From the human T2T-CHM13v2.0 reference genome, Homo sapiens, in assembly GCF_009914755.1 (NCBI RefSeq), contig NC_060930.1: a stretch of DNA of 64,000 bases; one strand, written 5' to 3'. The position numbers were made by a program, and so were the translations under genes. Numbering within the stretch: the stretch's first letter is position 1; every line of letters starts with the position of its first letter. Under the pieces are notes generated by a model that did not search any database, was not told the DNA's origin, and worked only from the letters and a program-made list of their open reading frames with translations. Positions 1 to 13,818 of the stretch are shown here, one piece after another.

Positions 1-2529
1 CATATTAAGAAAACAGTGAATGGCCTTTAAAATTAGATGGAGTGAATGAAGTATTGAAGAAAAGTTGGGCTGTTTATAGAGCCTTTAGAAAAAAGTAAAG
101 GGAAAAAATAAACAATAGGAGTCCAAGTTGCCAGATCATTGGTATTTCTGTAATATGAATGATACTCTAAAGCTCGTATGTGCAACCCACTTTAGAACGT
201 GAGAACCAAACAGAGAAGATTGGTTTGTGTGTAGGAGCGTAATTTAGTTAATAGATATATTTTGTAGCTAGTTATGTTTCTATCACTCAATTAATATATG
301 TCTTTATGTTCGGGGAGGTGGTTCTTTTCTATTTGTGAGTGACCTTTATGATTGGCTTCCTGATATGCTGACAGGCCAGGCTTTCTAGTATACATGGGTG
401 GGATGTTTTCCCTCAGTTCTAACACCATCCAATGCAAGTAGCACCATGAGATTTAGAAAACATTTTTGTTCCTGAAGATCGATAGACAGCATTGAACATT
501 GATTCAACTAGTGTAGCAATTACTGTACAAATAATATACAGTGCCTTGGTTTCTCTTCTCATAAGCATTTCAGTATTATGAATTCAGAAATGTGCACACA
601 GCAGTGAATTGTATCAAAAGCTAGCTTTCTGGTTCAAATTTTTACAATGTATAATAATTTTAGTTGGTAAAATCGTTTAGTAACATTCTTTAATGGATTA
701 GATCAAATGTAAAAACCAGCATGGAATCAGGTTTTGTAGCTGATTTATAAATAACTGCTGAAAACCTCAGGGCTTAAAATTGAATTTGGTTTTAACAGGG
801 TTGAATTGTATCTGACACTTGTACGTAACAACTCAGAGAGATGTTTATTAAAGCGGGTTAATAAACCCACTGAGACATATTTGACCATTATTTAGAGGAG
901 GTGAAATGTGAATTTACATTAAAAATGGAAAAGATAAAAGATCTCAGAAATATAACATTTTTGAGTATGTCTCATTCTACATATATGCCAGTCTTCCTTT
1001 CTCATCTTTTTATTAAAGTTGCATATCTATTTTAGTCACTTTACATATTTATCACCATCTCCTCGGTGGCCTCATGTCATTATCAGTTGATCTTGTCACA
1101 CTGAGCATCATCTCCCCATCTGTTCCTATTAATATTTCCTCCTTTAATTTCTTATTACATGGGATTGAAATGATATAAAAACTCACTCCCTTTTTCTTTT
1201 CTATATTGTTTTGCTTTCTTTCTTTTCTCTTTCCCTTCACTCAAGCCAAAAGGCTGATTCACAGTAGTCACAAAACAAACCAGTGCTCAGTGAGCAGCCA
1301 TTCTTTTTCCATCACAGTGCTAGGCCTCAGTGGCTAACGAGAAAGGATCAAATAAAGAAGGAATGTGTGAATGTGCAATTATGGTCTTTGTCTCATGGTC
1401 CTTTCATAAGTATAGCATGTTCATTTTCAGGACAAATTTGCTCCAAAAATTTGCCTTTTACCTTTCACATCTCAACTCCTTCAGCATGTTTCTCTGGTCC
1501 TGAGTCCTTGTCCTCTCTCCTTTTCTTTCCAAAGACTTGCTTCCTTTAAGACATCTCTTTCAGTTTTATTATTTATTCTGGTAAGTTTTAGTTTGTTTTA
1601 GATGGCAGCAGTATTGATAACTGCACATAAAATAGGTAGTAAATAGTATTTATATTTACTATATGGTTTATGGATTTAAGGAATTAATTTGAAACAGCAG
1701 TTTTGCTTGAAAGAGGATTTCTAAATGAAAGGGTATATAACAAATAAAAGTTTTGTTCTGCTACTCCATTTTTAAACAAATAATTGTTTTATTGTTGAAA
1801 TTCCCTCCTTTCATCTTTGGCCAGATATAACAAGTGACTGTTACGTTATTTCCTACTTTGTCTTTAGTGTGCAATAGTTTTCAATTAAAAAAAAAAACAG
1901 ACTATTGTTAGGTCTGCTGCTCTTTAATGAATCATTGGATTGGAAAATAACTCATTATACCATCAGGCAGAGATACTTTCCTTTATTTGCATGTAGATAG
2001 TGAAGATGAATAATTTATCAAATGTTATTAGTGCAGGCTGCATATTACTGGAGTCGCAGCAGGATATAATGAAATTTGTCTCATGCAAGTATGAAAATAG
2101 CATGCCTTTGCATAGTCATTATTGAATTCTTGGCATCTCTTGAAGAACTATTATGTTAGCATGCCAGTCTTGCTCACCTCTTCATTAACTGGGCTTTTGA
2201 TTGGAGAGTTTAACTTATCTTGAAAATCTGTGGAATCCAACATGCCAAATGCTTGCTTGACTTTAGCATGTTTCCATATCAGAGCATACATTTTCAGAAC
2301 GAATAAAGTACTAAATGTTTCTTATTAAAGTGAGTAGTGCAAAGAGGCTATGACTGATGGTGTTATTACTTTTGGTTGTGAAAAGTTGTACCGGAGATAT
2401 TTAAGCAATAAAGCTTTCTGAAATGACAGGCGATGAAACATGTATATAACTACTTAGAATCTTAGAGCTGTACGAATTATGTATTTGAAGTTATTTTAAT
2501 GATTGCTTTTTAAAAGTTGCATTTAATAT

Positions 2530-3070
2530 GCTTCTGTCGTGATGGCATGAGGAGGTCAACAAACCTTCTCAAAAGCAATGCTAAAGCTGCACAAGCAGTC
2601 AAAAGCAAATCATGTCAGTACTCTGGAAATCAACTAAAAGCATTCAACAAACTGAAAAGTGTTTATTCATGAAAAAACTGAACTTTGGATAAAAACAGTG
2701 TAAGTCTGTGGTATTAATGCTGGGGCTGCTCCATTTTCCCTCCTCTATTCGGTGAGTAAGGTTGCAACTAGGGCAAAACAGGCCATGAAAGCCAGCAGCT
2801 TCTTTGCTGCTCCCAAGACAGCTCAGTGGATTTGGAGAACTGTCAGGTTCAGTGGAGATTTTGATGGCAAGCAGTAGGGAAGGTCTGCGGCTCTACTGGA
2901 CTGAAGTTACTGACATGTTTGGTGCAAGCAATGGACAGACGGACTAGCCAGGGTTTTAGCAGGGAATTCTGGGAGCTGAGCTAGCGCTATGAGGCTTGTG
3001 AAACTCTCCACATACCTTCAGTTAACCAGAAGTTGTTTCTTCTGCACATGCAGCAGAAACTGGAATGGGC
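2530..3070 (+). mobile_element. Old L1 5' region fragment (L1MD/L1MC-type)
   Basis: ctctggaaatcaactaaaag...gtttattcatgaaaaaactgaac resembles the L1MDa-type 5' end. Confidence 0.55.
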
Positions 3071-3217
3071 TTTGTAAGAAATACTGAAAGTTTGTCAGGC
3101 AGAAAAGAAGAGGCACTGAATGATAACTTGGATTCCAAGGAGCAGTGAAAAATGCTAGAAATGGTATTTATATGAGTAAACATATTTTTCACATTTTCAT
3201 TATTAAAAAACAACATA

Positions 3218-3531
<314 letters not shown>

Positions 3532-3576
3532 TTACGTAAAAAACAATAATTATAGCACCATATTTTTAGCTTTACA

Positions 3577-3893
3577 TGAGTCTCCCCTTAACCATGAGAG
3601 ATACATTCCAAGATCCCCAGTGGATGCCTGCAACTATGGAGAGTACCAAACCCTGTATGTACCATGTTTTTTCCCATACATACATCCATACCTATGATAA
3701 GTTTTCATTCATAAACTAGGCACAGTAAGAGATTGACAACATTAGTGAGAAAATAGAATAATTATTACAATACACTGTAATAAAAGTTATGTGAATGTGG
3801 AGTGTCTCTCCCTGTCACAAAATACCTTATTATACTGTACTGTGGGTAACTGAATCTGTGGAAAGCAAAACCACAGATAAGTGGTGCTACTGT
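3577..3893 (-). mobile_element. MER44A-like Tigger MITE
   Basis: Minus strand begins cagtagcaccacttatctgtggttttgctttcc; Tigger7-type terminal repeats. Confidence 0.75.
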
Positions 3894-4369
3894 ATATAAC
3901 TGTATATGTTAATATGTGTGCCAATAGCACAAAAGAGGAAGAAGGAAAATAAATAGCATCAGGACAGTTGAATATTCATATTAAAAAAAGAGCTTAGGCC
4001 TTCACTGTACATAAAAATAAAGTGAATTCTAGACATAAATATAAGAACAGAAACAATAAAACATGTGGAAGAAAACACAGGAGAAATCTCTGTGCCCTTA
4101 ATATAGCTAAAGAGTTCTTAGATGTGACACCAAAAGCATGAGCCATAAAAGAAAAAACTGGATAAATTGAACTTCATTAAATTGAAAAAACATTTACTTT
4201 TCAAGGCACACCATTGTGAAAGTGAAAATATAAGCCACAGACTGAGAGAAAATATTTATAAATCATATATCTGATAAAGGTCTTATAACCATAATATGTA
4301 AATAATTCTTACAACTCAGTAAGACAAATACTCTAATTAAAATACTGGGAAAATACTGGAGTAGACATT

Positions 4370-4877
4370 TATATTAGTTGGGACCAATGGGTGTATGTAT
4401 GGAAAGAGACGTAGTGTAAGGAATTGGCACATGCAACCATGGAGGCTGAGAAGTCCCAAGATCTGCGTTCAGCAAGCTGGAAACCTCAGAGAGCTGATGT
4501 GTATGTAGTTCCAGTCTGAGTTCAAAGGCCTAAGAAACAGGAGAGCCAATGGTGTTAAGTTACAGTCCACAGGCTGGCACACTTGAGACCCAAGAAGAGC
4601 CAATATTTCAGTGTGAATCTGAAAGCCGAAATGGACCTATGTTCTGGCTCGTACAGACAGTCAGGAGGAGCTCACTTTTAGCCTTTTTTTTTAAATTGAG
4701 ACTTTTATTTAATTGGACGAGGCTCATCCATACTGGGAAAACAATTTGCTTCACCCAGTGTACCAATTCAAATGTTATCTCATCTAGAAACACCCTCACA
4801 GAGACGTTCAGAATAATATCAAAATATCCGTGTACCTTGTGGCGCAGTCAAGTTGACATATAAAATTAATCGTCATA
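4370..4877 (-). mobile_element. MLT2-family ERVL solo LTR
   Basis: Ends gtcaagttgacatataaaattaatcgtcata; 5-bp TSD ACATT at 4365-4369 and 4878-4882. Confidence 0.85.
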
Positions 4878-5478
4878 ACATTCTACTGAATAAGAAATAC
4901 ATTTGGCTGATAATCACATGAGAAGGTACTCAACATCATTCCTCACTATGGAAATGAGTATTCAAACCACAGTCATATACCACTACACACCCATTAGAAT
5001 GGCTGTTATCATAAGAAGCCGTAGTACTAAGTATTGGCAAGGATATGAAGAAACTCAAAACCTCATACATTGCTGATGGGAACATTAAATGGTATGACTG
5101 CTTTCGTAAGCAGTTGTTTCTTAAAATGTTAAATATAAATTTACCACATGATCCACCAGTTCTACTCCTAGGAATATATCCAAGGGAAATAAAACATATG
5201 TCCATACAAAAACTTGTATGTGAATGTTCACAGAAGCATTTTTATGGTAGCTGTTAATTGGAAGCAATTCAAATGTCAATCAGCTGGTCAATGGATTGAC
5301 AAAATTCCCTATATTTGGTATGTGAATAGAGATAGACTCTGATAAGCTCAATTTTAGAACACTTACATCACCCCCCAAATTCTTATTTTGGGGTGATGTT
5401 CCATTCAGTTGTTTCATTCAGTTTTAGAACATTGACATCCTGTGTTCTAAAATTGAGTTATTGTGATGATTATAAAAC

Positions 5479-5766
<288 letters not shown>

Positions 5767-5853
5767 TAAAATCATTGACTCTTACTCTCATAGTGTGTGA
5801 ATTTTATAGGCTATGGGATATACCTCAGTAAAGTTATAAAAACAATAGGTCTA

Positions 5854-6005
5854 GGCTGTGTGCGGTGGCTCATGCCTGTAATCCCAGCACTTTGGGAGGC
5901 TGAGACAGGAGGACTGCTTGAGCCCAGGAGTTTGAAATCAGCCTAGGCAATATAGTGAGACCCTGTCTCTTAAAAAACCTAACCTTAAAAAAAAAAAAAA
6001 AAAAA
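5854..6005 (+). mobile_element. FLAM_C / free left Alu monomer
   Basis: Single monomer with poly-A. Confidence 0.8.
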
Positions 6006-6512
6006 GAGACAAAATGCAATATGTCCATATAGAAAGAAAAAATGACAAAGTAAATATGGTAAAATAATAATTGAATCTGAAGGGTATGGGATTTTTTTGT
6101 ATTGTATTCTTCCACTTTTTCTACAAGTGTGAAATTATATCAAAATTAAAAAATTACAAATGTTTTAATGGCTCTTAATAGTGATCTGATTTCCTTTTGT
6201 GATAGTGTGTAAAAATAAGTTTAAAATGTTTGTTTGTTTAAAAAAAATCCAGCCCTAAAGTATAATTTTATCTCAGCTTTTTGTTTATTTACTTGTTTGA
6301 TTTGTTGTTTGCTTTGAGCAGATACTTGGTTTTGCTTTTTTTTAATTACTCATTTTTTCTGCAATGTAATGGCAGGCAGGCCTAGTGCCCAAGCAAACCC
6401 TTCCTGCTGCACATGCATATTTGGCATATGCTAGAGAGTATTTATACCTGTAGAAATGATATTTTGAGGGTATTCTGTTTCTCATCTGTGCAAATATAAG
6501 CAAAGCAAGTAG

Positions 6513-6887
<375 letters not shown>

Positions 6888-7018
6888 TCACACTTCACTC
6901 TTCTATGTTGTTTCCCCTGCTCCCGAAAAGAAGTTAAATGAACACATTTGTTGAAAGCGTTAAGTTACAGTGAAGTGTGTAACTCTTGCTAATGTATATT
7001 TATGTGCTTGATTTGAAG

Positions 7019-7139
7019 GTCACTCTGTGAGACTGCTGGGTCAGAAAAAGGATAATGGAAGGCGGCTTGGGGGAGCACGATTGGATTTGCCGAAGATTAG
7101 GAAGAATCCACTGATAGAAATCATTTCCATCAATACCGG
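7019..7139 (+). CDS. CDKAL1: CDKAL1 internal coding exon (probably exon 8), threonylcarbamoyladenosine tRNA methylthiotransferase
   Basis: tttgaag|GT CAC TCT ... AAT ACC GG|gtaagc; phase 1 in, phase 2 out, 121 nt. Translates to [41 protein letters not shown], the CDKAL1 segment just before the radical-SAM CxxxCxxC motif. Branch-like CTAAT at 6989-6993. Confidence 0.97.
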
Positions 7140-8329
7140 GTAAGCATCTCTCAAACTTGCTCATAAAATATTCAATATATTTCATGAATTCAGTTTTTTT
7201 TTCTTGGACATGTGACATAGAAAAGTAGCTGAACATTTTCTTGGGAAAGAAAAATTACAAAATGTGCTCAAATACAGTTTCTTCTGAAATGTTTCCTGTA
7301 TGTAAACTACACTTATATTTGCAGCAGGCTTTTATAACTTTAATATTATTCCCATTTTTGGTAATAAACATAATAAACATGGATTTCATTTCCCAGCTAT
7401 GCCCTTACTTAAAATCTTTGAAAAAAGTAGCACTTTATTTTGTTGAATGATTAAGACACTTGTCATATTCGACTGTTTTTTTCAGTAAAGGTATGGTAAA
7501 TGTTGCCCAAGATACTAACCACGTTTTGATTATTCACTATTTGAAATGCATATTTTAAAATGTTATTATTCTGAGCTTTAAACTTAAAAGAAGCATCATG
7601 ACAGAATATTAAGTACTCTTTTAATTTCCACACCTTGATTTAAAGTCCTTGATTATAACTCTTGGTATACTCATTTATACTTTGTTTCATATGCATTTAT
7701 TGAATTTTTGCATTCTTTAAATTATGAGTCCATCAGAAAAAGAAACATTTTCTGAAAATTTGATGAGATGAAGGGCTTCTGTTTCTTAAATCACAGGGAG
7801 CACCTAATTACCCGTACAACCACATCTCATTCCCCACAGATTTAAGCTGTTCTGCCCCTTTTACTTCATCCTCCTTCCCTTTTATTTGAAATTGTTTTCC
7901 TTCTGTTCTGCTCTTTCTTCATGCTCCTTCTCATTGAGAACCGGTGAACAGCTTCCTTGTCCACCATCTGCCTGTTTCTCTGAATCCAATGGCTTTACTT
8001 CCTCCAGGACAGTGGCGGTTGTGTTGTCAGTAGCCCTCTTTTCTGTAGTCTCACCACTTTCTGGTTTATCCTCCACACTGCTGTCAAAGACTAGAGAAGG
8101 TTGACCAAAGTCATTCGGTTTTTCCCAAAAAACCCCATGGAGTGGCATTCAGTGACTTGGTGAATTTGTTGTAGACCAGCATCTGGCCTTCAGCGTTGAA
8201 GATTCAGAAACCCAAACTTATCAAGCTCAGAAACTAGTAATTAAAGCAGAATTTAACAGTGAGAAGTACAGTTGTCGCTTGACTGGAGTACCTCACATAT
8301 TCATTCTGTCTGTCTAGCCTGAGCCGAAT

Positions 8330-8680
8330 TATAAATGCAAGGCTGTTTGCTTTCCCCTTCCTCAGTTCTTTTTTCCCCTTCATTCAAACATTATAATACT
8401 TTCCCGCAACTCCTGATTATCCTATTTAAAATTGCAAACTTTCTAACATTCCTTCTCTTTTTCTCAGTTGCCTTGTTTTCCTCTGTAACTTTAATTGGCA
8501 TTGAAATATATAAATGATCATTTATTTGTATTTTAATGGTCTCTCCTCACTGGCATATATGCTCCATGGGGGCAGGGCCTTTTTGATTGTGTTATTTACC
8601 ACTCTATCCCCAGTGAGTAGAAAATTATACACAGTAGGGATTTAATGCATATTTATTTATTGACTGAATGAATGAATAAG
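8330..8680 (+). mobile_element. L2 3' end
   Basis: Ends ...ttattgactgaatgaatgaat, the L2 tail. Confidence 0.65.
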
Positions 8681-8803
8681 TTTTAAAATTTGACAGTTTA
8701 GTGGGACTATGCTAAATTATCATCATGGTACAGATTGCCTTGCAAATTGGACAATAATATTTGGAGTTTGCTGGCTAATCACACTTTCTCCTGAAAAATG
8801 CAG

Positions 8804-9104
8804 ATTTTTTTTTCTTTTTTTTGAGATGGAGTCTCCCTCTGTCACCTAGGCTGGAGTGCAATGGCGTGATCTTGGCTCACTGCAACCTCTGCCTCCGGGT
8901 TCAAGTGATTCTCCTGTCTCAGCCTCCCGAGTAACTGGGATTACAGGTGCACGCCACCATGCCCGGTTAATTTTTTCTAATTTAGTAGAGATGGAGTTTC
9001 ACTGTGTTGCCCCTGCTAGTCTCAAACTCCTGAACTTAGGCAATCCACTTGCCTTGGCCTTCAAAAATGTTGGGATTACAGAGGCATGAGCCACTGCACC
9101 CAGC
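8804..9104 (-). mobile_element. AluS
   Basis: Full Alu, TSD gaaaaatgc. Confidence 0.92.
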
Positions 9105-9808
9105 TGAAAAATGCCGGTTTTGTGTGTGTGTTTATGCGGGGCTTTTGGCTAGACACATGCCTTTAAAACATTAGTATTTCAGGGTCTGTCAAACTCTGTT
9201 AGATTAGGATCCATTAGGTCTCTGCATGGTAACTTTCCAGGTACGTATTTGGCCTACTGAGTGTCTGTTTTTAACTGTTTATTTTTCTAGTCCCTATGTT
9301 CTTCTTCATTTTGTCACTCCCTACTTCACACCCCAGTATTCAGTCTTCCTGAACTACTTGAAATTCTCAAAACTCCAGATTCTTCTCTGTCTTGACTGCA
9401 GGCCTCCCTGTAGGTTGAAGGGTTTTCCTGGCATGTCTGTCCTTCCCCGTTCACCTCATGGGTGAGCCTCCTGCACTCAACTATGTGCTCATTTCTTGGG
9501 ATGTCTGCTTGTTTCTCCCTCCCAACCAGGCTAAATCTATCCCTCACTCTAATTTGTGTCCACAACATTCCCTATGTATCCTGATTATGGCACTTTACAC
9601 ACTATGTCATTTGTATCTTCCACTACAATGTAAGCTCCTTGGGGGCTGAATGTGTTTCAGTTGTCATTACATTATTATCTTTGAGTTCAGTGTTTAGTAC
9701 AAAGTGAGTACAATTGTCCCTCGGTATCTGTAGGGGATTAGTTCCAGGACCTCCTCAGATACAACATCTATGCATACTCAAGTACCTCATATAAAATGGT
9801 GTAGTATT

Positions 9809-10126
<318 letters not shown>

Positions 10127-10283
10127 TTACTTTTTCCCATATACTTTAAATCATCTCTAGATTACTAATAATACCTGATACAATAGAAATGCTGCCTAAA
10201 TAGTTGTTATACTGTATTTTAAAAATTTGGCTTCTTTTAATTATTGCATTATTTTTAAGTGTTTTTTTTCTTCCAGATATTTT

Positions 10284-10286
10284 ATT

Positions 10287-10322
<36 letters not shown>

Positions 10323-10602
10323 AGACAGAGTCTCACTCTGTCACCCAGGCTGGAGTGCAGTGGCACCATCTCGGCTCACTGCAACCTCCGCCCTCCTGGG
10401 TTCAAGTGATTCTTCTGCCTCAGCCTCCCGAGTAGCTGGGACTATAGGCGTGTGCCACCACACCCAGCTAGCTTTTGTATTTTTAGTAAAGACGGGGTTT
10501 CACCATATTGGCCAGGCTGGTCTCGAACTCCTGACCTTGTGATCCACGCACCTCGGTCTCCCAAAGTGCTGGGATTATAGGCATGAGCCACTGCACCTGG
10601 CC
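10284..10602 (-). mobile_element. AluSg
   Basis: TSD ccagatatttt; long poly-T. Confidence 0.92.
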
Positions 10603-11188
10603 CCAGATATTTTCAATCCATGATTGGTTCAATCTGTAGATATGGCACACACATGGATACAGAGGGCTGCCTGCACTCAATAAATATTTGTTGAGTAAAT
10701 GTTTTATAAGTTATGAGTTCTTGTTGCTGTACATTAATTAAAAATTAATCTTAAAAATATTTAAAATTTTTTTAATGTTTACAATTTAAAATTTTAAAAA
10801 TTTGCTTTAGGTAACCATTTTCAATAGCCTTTAGGTAAAATTTTTTATGTATATTATTTGAATTTTCCCTCTTGTAGACTTAATGTTTTCTTCAAATGGG
10901 CCTGCTCTTTAAAAGATTGAAAGCTCACTGGATTTGGCATCACTCTCATCCTCTTGTATCCTTCACATTAGAGTAGAGTGTTGATCCTCGGTACATTAGC
11001 AAATAATGCTTTTGATATTAAGAAAATTTAATCCATATTGTCCCAGAATGAGAAATGGGTTTCTAATTTTCTCAGACTGCTAATCATCTTCCTGAATCAG
11101 TTGCAGCCTTATCACTTGCTCTCACATGAAAGCATTCCCATACGTATTTGTCCACACTATCATTCTATAACATATTAGCTTGGATTTC

Positions 11189-11490
<302 letters not shown>

Positions 11491-11817
11491 GATTTCATTT
11501 TTTTCATGCTGGTGGAGCTCATTGCTTTTTTTCACTTACTTTTAAATGTTTTAATATGATTATACTCATAATTATTTTTCAGTAGAAAATGAGCCTTCTC
11601 AGTAAAATCCTAACACTTTTCAAAATTTTATTGCTTCCACATTAAATATGTAGATTTCACTTTCCATAAATTTTTCATTTTTCGTTTAGGAAAAGGGTCC
11701 CATTTGTAGCAACTTTTATTGTATGTATTAGTAAATTACTGAAGTTACTATTAGAACCATTAGACTTTGCAAAGTTGTTATGCCTTGTTATATTTCTAGC
11801 TTAAAATATAAAAGTAT

Positions 11818-12172
<355 letters not shown>

Positions 12173-12276
12173 TCAGATTGTATAAATTTTGGATGGGCAC
12201 AGCAGGATACGGTGTGTGTGGATATTTATGTAGAATTTTTTAAAAAGTCAACCAAATGTTATGGTCAGTATCATAG

Positions 12277-12674
<398 letters not shown>

Positions 12675-13610
12675 TTGACTCCCTTATTTTTTCTAGCAGT
12701 GGGAATACGGTGTGGAGACGGGTAGGAGGTAGTGTAGGGGACAAAAGTAAAAAATTGGAAATTGTGGCATAAAGGACATCTGTGCTTTATTTTACCTTCT
12801 CTGACCCTATGAAAGTCATCCTTTTTGACAGTTCTTTGGCAATTTTTATCTTCCAAAGCCAAGAGTTAGATGCTGCTTAACAGTTCTTATATAAATTATA
12901 TCATTTTTAAGATACTCCTATCAGATTATCCTTAGCTTGAAGGTTTGAAATCCTCCCTCAGGCAAAACACATCTTAGAAATTACTGTCTGACCCTGTGAT
13001 ATTTTACTGATACTTTATCTTTTAAAATTTATCTTGTCTTTCTTGTTATTTGCCATCAGACAGACATATGGTGGTAACTGAGAACCTTTAAGGGGAATAT
13101 AATTTTCTTTGAGCTTATATTCTTGAATTTATTATCATTTTAAAAAGCATTTTTTTCCCCCTGTAACACTCTGGCTTTGCGAAAACTAACTCATATTTTT
13201 ACACTTTATGTCTGTAATGTACAAAATTTATCAGTTCCTATTCCATTTCTGGATACGTAGGCTATCTACAAATATTTGAATGGATATTTCAAACTCATTA
13301 TTTCATTATAACCTGACAACTCAGCTGTCAGATTATAATGAAAGCAAGTCCTAGTCCACAGTCTCCAACCAGAATTTAGTAAGCAAGCTGGCACGGTCCA
13401 GCTGTTCTTGTAACGTTGGTGGAGTCCTCGTTGTCTCTCTTTTTGGGTGGTGAAATCAAACTTTGTATGAAAGGTTCACTTGAGCCACATGAAGCAACAT
13501 ACTGTCTCACTGTAGATAATACATCCTCAGGCAACCAGAATTCCTTACCTAGTGTCTGGAGTGAGAGTGTGTCAGGGACCAAGCCAGAATCATATCTTTA
13601 ATGGTCTAGG

Positions 13611-13818
13611 CCAGTACTAACCAAACTGTGTTCTGTGGACCAGTTAACTATAGATTGTTGGTCTGTGATGAGTACACAAATAGAGACTTTTAAGGCAGTT
13701 TAACGTCACTACAGTGAGTTATAATTCATTTTCACTGTATTTTACACAGATACTGGTTTATAAGAGGTTGGAAGTAAAAATCCTGCTCTGTCACTATATA
13801 TAGTTTGAGAAACACTGA
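13611..13818 (-). mobile_element. hAT-Charlie MITE (MER5C-like)
   Basis: TIRs cagtactaaccaaact ... agtttgagaaacactg. Confidence 0.6.

Noticed and set aside
7000-7236. Minus-strand 78-aa ORF over the CDKAL1 exon
   Set aside because: Antisense shadow of the true plus-strand exon.
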